From assembly GCA_964016885.1 (NCBI GenBank), contig OZ024766.1, positions 2,976,001 to 3,040,000 on the forward strand: DNA of 64,000 nucleotides, written 5' to 3'. A program made the position numbers and the translations under genes. The notes under the pieces were generated by a model, which was given only the letters and a program-made list of their open reading frames with translations, was not told the origin of the DNA and searched no databases. Source of the stretch: Eledone cirrhosa. Taxonomy: Eukaryota. Shown piece by piece: positions 1 to 20,134 of this stretch (its first letter is position 1; each line of letters starts with the position of its first letter).

Positions 1-104
1 TGTGTGGCTGATTGTCACACTCGGTGGTGAATTGTTGTCATTATAAAAAAAACAATAACACAGCACTTGTTAAATGACATACAATATGAGACCAATATTT
101 GACA

Positions 105-380
105 ATATTGGTGCTGCTTTCTAATATTTCTGAGACAGGATACTCACAGCATTAGTTCAGGTGATAGAGGGTCCCTCAATTACACACCACAACAGGGGAT
201 GTTGGTGTTGACCCGTAACATATCTGAGACAAGACACATCATTACCTCAGGTGATAGAGAGTCCCTCAATTACAAATTACAACAGGGAATGTTGGTGTTG
301 ACCCCTAACATATCTGATACAAGACACATTATTACCTCAGGTGATAGAGGGTCCCTCAATTACACATTACAACAGGGAAT
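105..380. repeat. ~90-bp minisatellite, ~3 copies (also 4650-4925 and 9195-9470; 2 copies near 19725-19910; relic near 44670-44780)
   Basis: GTGATAGAG recurs at 161, 251 and 341. Confidence 0.9.
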
Positions 381-554
381 TTTAGCTATTGCAAACAAAG
401 AAAAAAGAAAAAGAATTTTGCAATTATATCATGATTCTAGTTAGAAATATATTTAAGAAATGAAGTCTGTAGAAGTGTTATGGTTACATTTTAGATGTTG
501 GTGGACAATAAGTTTAGACTGGTAAAAGGAAGGGTATTTCAGGGTTCACAGTTA

Positions 555-3732
<3,178 letters not shown>

Positions 3733-3929
3733 TGTAATTCTTGAAGAATTCTCAAAACTCGAGAAGAGATATGACAATGTACGAGTGATTTGGGGTAAGA
3801 AATGGTCCTCTATGTACTTATATATGTATATGATCTGGTGTGTATCGCTGTATATAGGAGCAGTCCTAACAAATCCGGTTTACCACGAAAAGTAGAAAAG
3901 TACACAATATCTGCTGTGTTAACAATACA

Positions 3930-4545
3930 AATAATACGTACTTTATATTTCAAGTTCAAATGTAAAGTCAAGAAAGACCAGGAAAGCTAATTGTTCAGAT
4001 GTTGGTGATTTAAACCTATTTCTCACTGTCCTGTAAAATGTGGAGCAACCAATTCACGATTTAGCGTAGTTTCTCATGAAATGAAATATTTAATCATGTA
4101 GGAGATGGAACACCTACCCAGGAACATGTAGCTCACTCTATGTTATCTACAGAATATTAACTTTCACTTTAACATGAGATAATTACTACACAAGATATAA
4201 TTAGATTAATTAAAGTATAATTAAGATAGCAGGTACGTGATATGGTTGTGAATATTTCTCTTTCCGGTTTGTGACCGGTGTCATATGTTAAAAGTTCCTG
4301 AGATAATTTAATACATTTAGGAACACCTTCAGTTATATCAATTCACTCCATCAATTGTATCCAACCCAAGGTAAAAGCAACAATGTCACCCAGTAATATA
4401 TAATAATAACATATCAACGAGGGAGTGTCTTACCTTTCTACTTAACCTGTTAGAAATAGCAGCCAAATCACACTCTACTGTCTTAAAACAAGGGAATAAC
4501 ACATTCGACAGTTTAGTCGTATATATTTTCCTTAGGGCCTTGTAG
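3930..4545 (-). promoter_or_regulatory. Conserved non-coding 5' block (intron or promoter) shared by family A and B/C ZNF genes
   Basis: AAATAATACG..TTTCAAG..AAAGTCAAGAAA and ACCGGTGTCAT..TTAAAAGT motifs recur upstream of the genes (e.g. ~17960-18340, 31150-31540, 61100-61480). Function is inferred. Confidence 0.5.
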
Positions 4546-6563
4546 TGTGTGGCTGATTGTCACACTCGGTGGTGAATTGTTGTCATTATAAAAAAAACAA
4601 TAACACAGCACTTGTTAAATGACATACAATATGAGACCAATATTTGACAATATTGGTGCTGCTTTCTAATATTTCTGAGACAGGATACTCACAGCATTAG
4701 TTCAGGTGATAGAGGGTCCCTCAATTACACACCACAACAGGGGATGTTGGTGTTGACCCCTAACATATCTGAGACAAGACACATCATTACCTCAGGTGAT
4801 AGAGAGTCCCTCAATTACAAATTACAACAGGGAATGTTGGTGTTGACCCCTAACATATCTGATACAAGACACATTATTACCTCAGGTGATAGAGGGTCCC
4901 TCAATTACACATTACAACAGGGAATTTTAGCTATTGCAAACAAAGAAAAAAGAAAAAGAATTTTGCAATTATATCATGATTCTAGTTAGAAATATATTTA
5001 AGAAATGAAGTCTGTAGAAGTGTTATGGTTACATTTTAGATGTTGGTGGACAATAAGTTTAGACTGGTAAAAGGAAGGGTATTTCAGGGTTCACAGTTAA
5101 ATAGTTTTATCACCAGTGTGTGTGTTTCTGTCTAAGTTTCTGTTAGTCACAAAATATTTCCCACATGTTTCACTGGGGAAGGCCCTTTTTCTGCAGTCTG
5201 ACTATGTGGCCAACATGAGTAGAATTCTAAATAAAAGATGTCTCAACATGTTTCACACTGGAAGTTTCTTTCCCCCAATCTGAATAAAAGATTTCCAACA
5301 TGTTTCCCAGTGGAAGTTTCTTTCCTCCAGTCTGAATAAAAGATTTCCATCATGTTTCACAGTGGAAGTTTCTTTCCTCCAGTCTGAAGACATATATGTT
5401 TATTAAGTACCAAACTATCTGTAAAAGATTTCTCACATTTTTCACTTGATAGGTTTTTCTTCAAAGTGTTCTTTTGTGTCTTTCTAACCATTTGTAACAA
5501 AACCTTTCCAATATATTAAAAAAAATATGGTTTTTCTCCAGTATGTGTGTTCTTTTGTGTAAATGACCATTTGTAACAAAATATAAATCCCATATTTCTA
5601 AATGATATCGGTTTTCTCCGGTGTGTTCTTTGAAAAACACTGATTTTGACATAACATTTCCCACATTTTTAACAGGGATATGATTTTTCTGCAGTATGTG
5701 TTGTTTTTTTTTGTCTTCAAATGATTGTTTTCATGAAAGATTACCCACACATTTCATAGTGGCAAAGTTTTTTCCTCCAGTGTCAAACAAAATGAGAATT
5801 TCAAGTGAACACATCACCACATATTTCACAGTGATGTTTGTGCTTATTTAAATCACTGCACCTGACAAAATATTTCTCACATATTTCACATTGGAAGTGT
5901 TTGTTTTTATGTGAACAGTTAAACTAGTTTTCAAGAAAACATTACCCACACATTTCACAGTGATAGGGTTTTTCTCCAGTGTTACTACGTATGTCTCGAA
6001 TAAGATGAGAATTTCAACATATCAACTTACTACATATTTCATTGATGTTGTTTATTCCCAGTGTGTTCATTTATGTTTATATAAATCCCTGCAACTCACA
6101 CATTTCACAACAGAAGTGTTTTTCTCCAGTGTCACTATGTATATTGTCAAGAAGATTAGATTTACTAATGAAAGACTTATTATATAGTGATATTGATTCT
6201 CTCCAGTGTGTGTACTTTTGTGAAAAATTAAATGAGAACTACAGCCAAAACATTTCCTTCATATTTCACAACGGAAAGGTTTTTTTCCAGTGTGTTCTTT
6301 TATGTACTGTTAAATCACTGCTTTTAATAAAAGGTGTATCACATACTGCACAATGATACGGCTTTTTCCCCAGTGTGACATCATATATGTAATTCTGAGT
6401 GAAAGATTTCACAGTGATAGGGTTTGTCTTTAATATGTATGAGTTTGTGTGTGGATATTTCATCTTCTGATAAGAATGTTTTCCAACAAATCTCACAGCT
6501 ATATTCAGGAATATTTCTATCTAATAATTCTTGTTCAGTACATGTTTCATTGCGGAAGGGTTA

Positions 6564-8277
<1,714 letters not shown>

Positions 8278-11108
8278 TGTAATTCTTGAAGAATTCTCAA
8301 AACTCGAGAAGAGATATGACAATGTACGAGTGATTTGGGGTAAGAAATGGTCCTCTATGTACTTATATATGTATATGATCTGGTGTGTATCGCTGTATAT
8401 AGGAGCAGTCCTAACAAATCCGGTTTACCACGAAAAGTAGAAAAGTACACAATATCTGCTGTGTTAACAATACAAATAATACGTACTTTATATTTCAAGT
8501 TCAAATGTAAAGTCAAGAAAGACCAGGAAAGCTAATTGTTCAGATGTTGGTGATTTAAACCTATTTCTCACTGTCCTGTAAAATGTGGAGCAACCAATTC
8601 ACGATTTAGCGTAGTTTCTCATGAAATGAAATATTTAATCATGTAGGAGATGGAACACCTACCCAGGAACATGTAGCTCACTCTATGTTATCTACAGAAT
8701 ATTAACTTTCACTTTAACATGAGATAATTACTACACAAGATATAATTAGATTAATTAAAGTATAATTAAGATAGCAGGTACGTGATATGGTTGTGAATAT
8801 TTCTCTTTCCGGTTTGTGACCGGTGTCATATGTTAAAAGTTCCTGAGATAATTTAATACATTTAGGAACACCTTCAGTTATATCAATTCACTCCATCAAT
8901 TGTATCCAACCCAAGGTAAAAGCAACAATGTCACCCAGTAATATATAATAATAACATATCAACGAGGGAGTGTCTTACCTTTCTACTTAACCTGTTAGAA
9001 ATAGCAGCCAAATCACACTCTACTGTCTTAAAACAAGGGAATAACACATTCGACAGTTTAGTCGTATATATTTTCCTTAGGGCCTTGTAGTGTGTGGCTG
9101 ATTGTCACACTCGGTGGTGAATTGTTGTCATTATAAAAAAAACAATAACACAGCACTTGTTAAATGACATACAATATGAGACCAATATTTGACAATATTG
9201 GTGCTGCTTTCTAATATTTCTGAGACAGGATACTCACAGCATTAGTTCAGGTGATAGAGGGTCCCTCAATTACACACCACAACAGGGGATGTTGGTGTTG
9301 ACCCCTAACATATCTGAGACAAGACACATCATTACCTCAGGTGATAGAGAGTCCCTCAATTACAAATTACAACAGGGAATGTTGGTGTTGACCCCTAACA
9401 TATCTGATACAAGACACATTATTACCTCAGGTGATAGAGGGTCCCTCAATTACACATTACAACAGGGAATTTTAGCTATTGCAAACAAAGAAAAAAGAAA
9501 AAGAATTTTGCAATTATATCATGATTCTAGTTAGAAATATATTTAAGAAATGAAGTCTGTAGAAGTGTTATGGTTACATTTTAGATGTTGGTGGACAATA
9601 AGTTTAGACTGGTAAAAGGAAGGGTATTTCAGGGTTCACAGTTAAATAGTTTTATCACCAGTCTGTGTGTTTCTGTCTAAGTTTCTGTTAGTCACAAAAT
9701 ATTTCCCACATGTTTCACTGGGGAAGGCCCTTTTTCTGCAGTCTGACTATGTGGCCAACATGAGTAGAATTCTAAATAAAAGATGTCTCAACATGTTTCA
9801 CACTGGAAGTTTCTTTCCCCCAATCTGAATAAAAGATTTCCAACATGTTTCCCAGTGGAAGTTTCTTTCCTCCAGTCTGAATAAAAGATTTCCATCATGT
9901 TTCACAGTGGAAGTTTCTTTTCTCCAGTCTGAAGACATATATGTTTATTAAGTACCAAACTATCTGTAAAAGATTTCTCACATTTTTCACATGATAGGTT
10001 TTTCTTCAAAGTGTTCTTTTGTGTCTTTCTAACCATTTGTAACAAAACCTTTCCAATATATAAAAAAAAATATGGTTTTTCTCCAGTATGTGTGTTCTTT
10101 TGTGTAAATGACCATTTGTAACAAAATATAAATCCCATATTTCTAAATGATATCGGTTTTCTCCGGTGTGTTCTTTGAAAAACACTGATTTTGACATAAC
10201 ATTTCCCACATTTTTAACAGGGATATGATTTTTCTGCAGTATGTGTTGTTTTTTTTTGTCTTCAAATGATTGTTTTCATGAAAGATTACCCACACATTTC
10301 ATAGTGGCAAAGTTTTTTCCTCCAGTGTCAAACAAAATGAGAATTTCAAGTGAACACATCACCACATATTTCACAGTGATGTTTGTGCTTATTTAAATCA
10401 CTGCACCTGACAAAATATTTCTCACATATTTCACATTGGAAGTGTTTGTTTTTATGTGAACAGTTAAACTAGTTTTCAAGAAAACATTACCCACACATTT
10501 CACAGTGATAGGGTTTTTCTCCAGTGTTACTACGTATGTCTCGAATAAGATGAGAATTTCAACATATCAACTTACTACATATTTCATTGATGTTGTTTAT
10601 TCCCAGTGTGTTCATTTATGTTTATATAAATCCCTGCAACTCACACATTTCACAACAGAAGTGTTTTTCTCCAGTGTCACTATGTATATTGTCAAGAAGA
10701 TTAGATTTACTAATGAAAGACTTATTATATAGTGATATTGATTCTCTCCAGTGTGTGTACTTTTGTGAAAAATTAAATGAGAACTACAGCCAAAACATTT
10801 CCTTCATATTTCACAACGGAAAGGTTTTTTTCCAGTGTGTTCTTTTATGTACTGTTAAATCACTGCTTTTAATAAAAGGTGTATCACATACTGCACAATG
10901 ATACGGCTTTTTCCCCAGTGTGACATCATATATGTAATTCTGAGTGAAAGATTTCACAGTGATAGGGTTTGTCTTTAATATGTATGAGTTTGTGTGTGGA
11001 TATTTCATCTTCTGATAAGAATGTTTTCCAACAATTCTCACAGCTATATTCAGGAATATTTCTATCTAATAATTCTTGTTCAGTACATGTTTCATTGCGG
11101 AAGGGTTA

Positions 11109-12309
<1,201 letters not shown>

Positions 12310-13350
12310 TGTAATTCTTGAAGAATTATGACAATGTACGAGTGATTTCTGGTAAGAAATGGTCCTCTATGTACTTATATATATATATAATTGCGTGTGT
12401 ATCGATGTATATAGGAGCAGTCCTAACAAACCTCGATTGTTCACCACGGAGTGTAGAAAAGTACACAGTATCTGCTGTGTTAACAATACAAATAATACGT
12501 ACTTTATATTTCAAGTCCAAGTGTAAAGTCAAGAAAGACCAGGAAAGCTAATTGTTCAGATGTTGGTGATTTAAACCTATTTCTCACTGTCCTGTAAAAT
12601 GTGGAACAACCAATTCGCGATGTAGCGTAGTTTCTCATGAAATGAAATATTTAATCATGTAGGAGATGGAACACCTACCCTGGAACATGTAGCTCACTCT
12701 ATGTTATCCACAAAATATTAACTTTCACGTTAACATGAAATAATTACTATACAAGATATAATTAGATTAATTAAAGTATAATTAAGATAGCAGGTACGTG
12801 ATGTCGTTGGCAATGTTTCACTTTCAGGTTTTGTGACCGGTGTCATACGTTAAAAGTCCCTGAGATAATTTAATACATTTAGGAACACCCTCAGTTATAT
12901 CAATTCACTCCATCAATTGTATCCAACCCAAGGTAAAAACAACAATGTCACCCAGTAATATATAATAATAACATATCAACGAAGGAGTGTCTTACCTTTC
13001 TACTTAACCTGTTAGAAATAGCAGCCAAATCACACTCTGTCTTAAAACTAGGGAATAACACATCCGGCAGTTTTGTCATATATATTTTCCTTAGGGTCTT
13101 ATGGTGTGTGGCTGATTGTCACATTCGGTGGTGAATTGTTGGTAATTTTCTTTTTTCCCACGTTCACCATATATTTAACCGGCTATATATATTTTTGTGA
13201 TTTACATTTGTCAGGTTCCTAGCAATAATTAATTGTATTTATATGTGTTTGTATTTTCATTCTCTAAGAACTATAAACAATCTATAATGTTATTTATACA
13301 GTTGAATTATTGTATTTATATAGAACATGATACAGGTATATGCATATATA

Positions 13351-13893
13351 CAGGGTGGTCACTAGAAAAGGGAAAATTTGTTAAACTGCGATTTATCTTT
13401 AGAAAGACTGATGTTACAAAGCATTCCACTCACAAATACTCAAAATGACGTCCGTGCACTTCATGACAGCGTCTTAACCTGGAAACCCAAGCTCGGGTGT
13501 TTCGTCCGAAATTCGTATCTTTGGACCCGTCCCTTGTCGGCGAACACTAGCTGTTTCATGTCCTTCTCGTTTCAAAATGATGCCTTGAGATCGTTAAAAA
13601 AAATTCGGTGACATGGTTAAACATTTTGTCAGTCCCCAAGTCGGATTTTCAATCTTGAACAGAACAATTACCTGCTTTGAAAGTCTGAAAGCTGTTTCCT
13701 CCTGCTGCTTCCGTCCATGATGTGAGTATCAAAATCGAAATCAAAGAAATGAATAAGCAAGACGTAATGAAATCAATGCTTTTTGTGATTGCACACCCAA
13801 TCGACAACAAAAGAACCAATCAAAAGCCATCAATCACAGATTTTATTGATGATCTAAGCTGACCTTCAAATTATCTCCTTTCCAGCAACCTCC

Positions 13894-13896
<3 letters not shown>
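13351..13896 (-). mobile_element. Internally deleted Tc1/mariner-superfamily DNA transposon
   Basis: ~30-bp imperfect TIRs (CAGGGTGGTCACTAGAAAAGGGAAAATTTG vs reverse complement CAGGGAGGTTGCTGGAAAGGAGATAATTTG) with TA on both sides. The minus strand reads MDGSSRRKQLSDFQ, like a decayed transposase N-terminus. Confidence 0.8.
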
Positions 13897-13928
<32 letters not shown>

Positions 13929-14344
13929 TCGACAGAACTTATGTTCTAAAAGAGTTGTTCACTTGATATTTTTCCTCTCTTTACGTTGCTTGACCCTTCG
14001 TGTCCGTTTACATTTTTTCTCTCTCTTTTTTATCCCAATAACTTAGTTTAGTTATTGTTCGATCCAGGCTGAGGTATCTTGTCTCTAACACGAAGAAATA
14101 TCTATGATTCCTAGCAGACAACTGACGATGGAGATTACCCTCTTTCGCCCGTAACTTTTATTTGCAACTGAGGTAAATTTTATATTTTATTCTAGACTAG
14201 ATAAAATATATTATATGTACTACGGGTGATTTAATAAACTTTGCCCTTCTCCCAAAATTGCTGGTCTTGAGCCTAATTTACAAATCAAGAGAGATTTAAC
14301 AAGTTTGTTGCTTCAAATTTCTCAAAATACTTTTATTTAGTGTG

Positions 14345-14560
14345 ACTCGTGCAGTAAATTGGTAGAGCACCAGGTAACAAGCTTTGCATCATATAGTTAT
14401 GTCCTGTTACGTTCTGAGTTCAAATCATGTGGAAGGTAGCTTTCCCTTTCATCCATACGGGGTTGATAAAATAAAGTACCAGTAATGTATTGAGGTTGAT
14501 TTAATCAACTTTCCCCACCCCCAATATTATTGGGCCTGTGCCTACATCAAATACCATTAT
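14345..14560 (+). mobile_element. tRNA-derived SINE, family 1 (partial copies at ~18620-18770 +, 26196-26420 -, 32920-33270 -, 40719-40800 +, 49860-50120 -, 57435-57780 -)
   Basis: B-box-like GAGTTCAAATC followed by CTTTCATCC..GGGGTTGATAAAATAAAGTACCAG; dispersed in both orientations. Confidence 0.75.
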
Positions 14561-15346
14561 TTACTGTGTCTAACAACACTCAGTAACCTATACTATCACT
14601 ACCCCAATGATACCAGCCAAAATAGTATCTCAAAATTCTCTCTGACCAGCAAAATCCCAGGTACCAGTTGCCTCATGCTCCTAGCTAAGGACAGAATGGA
14701 GAAAGGGTTAACCTGGAAGATAGTGAGGGAGGTGTGTTGAAGTAGCCATTAAAACCTCTGGGGGCCTCACAAATTTTAAAAACAACAAAGTCCAATAGTA
14801 TTTTAAACATATCAAATACCAATGAAGTGTTTGTGTTTGATTTATTCTTACTACTTTCAAGATATCATTACATATGGTGTTCTTAACAGATATTTAGATG
14901 GGAAAATAACAAAAAGATGGAATCACAGACTGGACAAATTCCTCAAATGTAACTCTTCAGTTAACAAAAATAGATTGAATTTCAGGAGATAAATATAATT
15001 TATTTAATATGTTATGAAAAACTAATAAATGATTTACGCTAAAAAGAAAGAATATAAAAACCAAGAAAAGACATATACACTCCTTCAATTAAATGTGAAA
15101 GGAATTGAACTAGGAACAGTAATTTGTAAATTTTTATTTCAACACAATAAACTGTAGAAATGTTGAACTGGAGAACTGTAGAAATGTTGAACTGTTGAGC
15201 TGAAGAACTGATGAACAGTAGAACTGATGAAATGTTGAACTGTAGAACTAAAGAGAGGATGTAACCACAACAACACTGAATGTAATTCCATGGCAACAGA
15301 AATAAATGTGTACTCCTGGAGCTGTAAGACTGTACTTCAAAACCTG
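14412..15346. repeat. ~930-bp direct repeat, copy 1 (copy 2 at 18623-19580), bracketing a ZNF gene
   Basis: Collinear from TTCT[G/C]AGTTCAAATCATG to CTTCAAA(A)CCTG, including a short ACTGTAGAAATGTTGA-type repeat tract. Confidence 0.9.
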
Positions 15347-15650
<304 letters not shown>

Positions 15651-15735
15651 GAGTATGATTTATCTTCAACATGTAAGAGTAGGATTTATCACATTTTATA
15701 TTTTTTATTCCAGTGTGTGTTTGTGTGTGTTTCAT

Positions 15736-15964
15736 ATTTCCCAGTGATGGCGTTTAACACTTGTGTTGACTACGTTTGTGAACAACCAGTGAAGATTTCC
15801 AAGAGAAAGATTTCCCAGTGATGGCGTTTAACACTTGTGTTGACTACGTTTGTGAACAACCAGTGAAGATTTCCAAGAGAAAGATTTCCCAGTGATGGCG
15901 TTTAACACTTGTGTTGACTACGTTTGTGAACAACCAGTGAAGATTTCCAAGTGAAAGATTTCCC
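15736..15964. repeat. 74-bp tandem triplication of the end of the last finger and the stop codon
   Basis: AGTGATGGCG at 15743, 15817 and 15891; junction microhomology ATTTCCC. Confidence 0.93.
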
Positions 15965-17506
15965 ACATATTTCACATGAATAAGGTTTTTCTCCTGTGTG
16001 TATTCTTTTGTGAAGTACAAGATGGACCTTCTGAGTGAAAGATTTCCCACATATTTCACATGAATAAGGTTTTTCTCCAGTGTGTGTTGTTTTATGTGTT
16101 TTCATGACACTGTTGGAGACAAAAGATTTCCCACACATTTCACAGTGGAAGGGTTTTTCTCCAGTATGACTTCGTATGTGGATGACAAGATAAGATTTAC
16201 TAGTAAAAGATTTGCCACATATTTCACAGTGGTAGGGTTTTTCTCCTGTGTGTATTCTTTTGTGAAGGACAAGATGGACCTTCTGAGAAAAAGATTTCCC
16301 ACATATTTCACATGAATAAGGTTTTTCACCAGTGTGGGTTCTTCTGTGTGTTTTCAAGTCACTGTTGGTGACAAAAAATTTGCCACATATTTCACAGTGG
16401 AAGGGTTTTTCTCCAGTATGACTTCGTATGTGGATGTCAAGAATAGAATTATGAGTGAAAGATTTCCCACATATTTCACAGTGATAGGGCGTTTCTCCAC
16501 TGTGTACTCTTTTATGTATTTTCAAGCCACTGTTGGAGACAAAATATTTCCCACATATTTCACAGTGGAAGAGTTTTTCTCCAGTGTGACTCCTTATATG
16601 GATTACAAGATGAAATTTCACAGTAAAACATTTCCCACATATTTCACATGAATAAGGTTCGTGTTCTGCAGTGTGAGTTATTCTATGTTTTCTCAAGCCA
16701 CTGTTGGAGACAAAAAATTTCCCACATGTTTTACAGTGGTAGGGTTTTTCTCCGGTGTGACTCCGTTTATGGATTACAAGATTTGAATTAGCAGTGAAAG
16801 ATTTCCCACATGTTTCACATTGGAAGGATTTTTCTCCAGTGTGTGTTATTGTATGTGTTGTTAAATTACTGTTAGTGGCAAAAGATTTCCCACATATTTC
16901 ACATGAATAAGGCTTTTCTCCTGTGTGTATTCGTTTGTGATCTACAAGAGAAGAACCATGAAAAAAAGATTTCCCACATATTTCACATGAATAAGGTTTT
17001 TCTCCAGTGTGACTCCGTATGTGGGCAACAAGGTGAGAATTCTTAGTGAAAGATTTACCACATGTTTCACAGTGGTAGGGTTTTTCTCCAGTATGTGTTA
17101 TTGCATGTGTTGTTAAATTACCATTAGTGGCAAAAGATTTACCACATATTTCACAGTGGAAGGGTTTTTCTCCAGTGTGACTCCGCATGTGAGTAAGAAG
17201 ATTAGAATTATTTGTGAAAGATTTTCCACATATTTCACAATGGAAGGGTTTTTCTCCAGTGTGACTCCGCATGTGGATGACAAGAATAGAATTCTGAGTG
17301 AAAGATTTCCCACACGTTTCACAGTGGTAGGGTTTTTCTCCAGTGTGACTCCGCATGTGAATAACAAGAATAGAATTATGAGTAAAAGATTTCCCACATA
17401 TTTCACAGTAGAAGGGTTTTTCTCCAGTGTGTATTTTCTTGTGTGAGGATAGTTTCAGTTTTGAAGAGAAAGTTTCCCTACAAATCTCACAGCTATATTG
17501 AGACAT
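15902..17506 (-). CDS. Poly-C2H2 zinc-finger protein, family B, 19 fingers
   Basis: 534-aa [12 protein letters not shown]... made almost entirely of fingers; ends HKRSQHKC. Confidence 0.93.
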   Translation of the reverse strand: MSQYSCEICRETFSSKLKLSSHKKIHTGEKPFYCEICGKSFTHNSILVIHMRSHTGEKPYHCETCGKSFTQNSILVIHMRSHTGEKPFHCEICGKSFTNNSNLLTHMRSHTGEKPFHCEICGKSFATNGNLTTHAITHTGEKPYHCETCGKSFTKNSHLVAHIRSHTGEKPYSCEICGKSFFHGSSLVDHKRIHTGEKPYSCEICGKSFATNSNLTTHTITHTGEKSFQCETCGKSFTANSNLVIHKRSHTGEKPYHCKTCGKFFVSNSGLRKHRITHTAEHEPYSCEICGKCFTVKFHLVIHIRSHTGEKLFHCEICGKYFVSNSGLKIHKRVHSGETPYHCEICGKSFTHNSILDIHIRSHTGEKPFHCEICGKFFVTNSDLKTHRRTHTGEKPYSCEICGKSFSQKVHLVLHKRIHTGEKPYHCEICGKSFTSKSYLVIHIRSHTGEKPFHCEMCGKSFVSNSVMKTHKTTHTGEKPYSCEICGKSFTQKVHLVLHKRIHTGEKPYSCEICGKSFTWKSSLVVHKRSQHKC

Positions 17507-18622
17507 ATTTCTAGCTAGAGATTTTTACATAAATGATTCTCACCTGTTTTACAAGTTCAAGTAATACGATATATGTCAGCGTAAGACTGATCTTGGATGA
17601 AGAAAAGGCAAGTGCTTATATATATATATATATTATTTATTTGATTATAGTGGAGTATTCCACTATTATTTTTGTTTAGGTGAGAGAAGCTCTATTCACA
17701 ATAACATGCTCAGCTCATAAAACAAACGAAGTCTTCGTAATTGATGACAGTTCAGGTGACAAGAGAATTAATATTCATAATTTCAAAAGATGAAGGTTAA
17801 TATATATATATAGAGAGAGAGAGACATACAGTGTGTACGTATGAGAGAAATAAATAGACGTGTGTGTGTAGAAATATGTGTGTAGGTGTTGTAATAAATC
17901 AAGATTATTTAACTTCAGATAGTTAAAAAGTTCATAATGTTTGTGTTGTATTGAAAAAGGAAATAATACGAACTTTAGTTTTCAAGACCAAATATAAAGT
18001 CAAGAAAAGTTAGTAAAAACTAAATGTTCACTGATTTCTGATTAAAATAATATTTTCCTGTCCCGTAAAATGTTGAACAACCCCTTCAATATTTAATAAT
18101 ACAGGTGATAAAACAACAACTATAAGGTAAATAAGTCACCTTATGTTATTTACAAACATTAACGTCCATCTTAATATGAAATAATCACCATAAAAGATAA
18201 AATTAGATGAGGTTTAAGTTGTAACAATGGAGCTGATATAAATGGTAATATTTCACTGTCTAGTTGACACCGGTGTCATGACTTAAAAGTCCCCTATATA
18301 ATTTAGTACATTCAGAAACAACTTCCGTTATCTTAATTCATACGTTCAGTCAATATGTTAGTAATTTATTCAGATTTGTATAAATAACATTATTAATTTT
18401 ACATAACTGTTCATATTAAAACAAAACACATTATTAAAGGTAATAAAATATTTAATAAATGGAAATGAAAAGAAGAAAAACAAAAACGAATCAAGCAACG
18501 AAATTAATGGATGAGGGAGAGGGACAGACACTATATTCCTGTCTGAGTTGTGATTCAGCCCCACCCTACAGACAAAATGACAACAGTGTTACCACAGAAA
18601 ATAGCCAGAGACACCTGTTACA

Positions 18623-19580
18623 TTCTCAGTTCAAATCATGCGGAAGGTAGCTTTCCCTTTCATCCATACGGGGTTGATAAAATAAAGTAGCAGTAATGCA
18701 CTGAGGTTGATTTAATCAGCTTTCCTCACCCCAATATTGTTGGGCCTGTGCCTACATCAAATACCATTATTTACTGTGTCTAAGAACACTCAGTAACCTA
18801 TACTATCACTACCCCAATGATACCAGCCAAGATAGTATCTCAAAATTCTCTCTGACCAGCAAAATCCCAGGTACCAGTTGCCTCATGCTCCTAGCTAAGG
18901 ACAGAATGGAGAAAGGGTTAACCTGGAGGCTAGTGAAGGAGGTGTGTTGAAGTAGCCATTAAAACCTCTGGGGGTCTCACAAGTTTTAAAAACAAATTCC
19001 AATAGAATTTTAAACATTTCAAATCCCAATGAAGTGTTTGTGCTTGATTTATTCTAACTACTTTCAAGATATCATTACATATGGTGTTCTTAACAGATAT
19101 TTAGATGGGAAAATAACAAAAAGATGGAATCACAGACTGGACAAATTCCTCAAATGTAACTCTTCAATTAACAAAAATAGATTGAATTTCAGGAGATAAA
19201 TATAATTTATTTAATATGTTATGAAAACCTAAAAATTGATTTACGCTAAAAAGAAAGAATATAAAAACCAAGAAAAGACATATACACTCCTTCAATTAAA
19301 TGTGTAAGGAATTGAACTAGGAACAGTAATTTGTACATTTTTATTTCAACACAATAAACTGTAGAAATGTTGAACTGTTGAACTGATAAAATGTTGAGTT
19401 GGAGAACTGTTGACTGATGAACTGCAGAACTATTGAACTGAAGAGATATTGAGCTGGAGAACTGAAGAACTGTGGAAATGTTGAACTAAAGTGAGGATGT
19501 AACAACAACACTGAATGTAATTCCATGACAACAGAAATAATAGTGTACTCCAGTAGCTGTAAGGCTGTACTTCAAACCTG
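18623..19580. repeat. ~950-bp direct repeat, copy 2
   Basis: Collinear with 14412-15346. Confidence 0.9.
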
Positions 19581-20134
19581 TTGGATAAAATTGTGTACCC
19601 CAGTTTAACTGAAGTATAATAGGTAAAAATATGCGCACACTTGAAACACATGATTGGCTGTCATTAAATAATTGAACAATAACGCAGCACTTGTTAAATG
19701 ACATACAATATGAGTTCAATAGGTGACAATGTTGGTGCTGCTTTCTAATATTTCTGAGACAAGACACAGCATTAATTCAGGTGATAGAGGGTCCCTTAAT
19801 TACCCACCACAACAGGGAATGTTGGTGTTGCCCTCTAGTGTTTCTGAGACAAGCCACTCACAGCATTACCTCAGATGATAGAGGGTCCCTCAATTACACA
19901 TTACAACGGGGAATTTTAGCTGTTGCAAACAAAGAAAAAAAGAAAAAGAATTTTGCATTTATAACATTAAAAATGAATTTAGGAAGACAAAATTTAGACA
20001 TGGAAAGGATTTTTATTCCAGTTAAAAACATATTTAAGAAATGGAGTCTGTAGAAGTGTTATGGTTACATTTTTGAGGTTGGTGAACAATAAATTTAGAC
20101 TGGTAAAAGGAAGGGTATCTCAGGGTTCACAGTT

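Noticed and set aside
199-444. 81-aa ORF found three times
   Set aside because: Translation of the 90-bp minisatellite, copied by the tandem duplication.
14122-14150. CTGACGA hammerhead-like heptamer (also near 28808)
   Set aside because: No stem II followed by GAAA.
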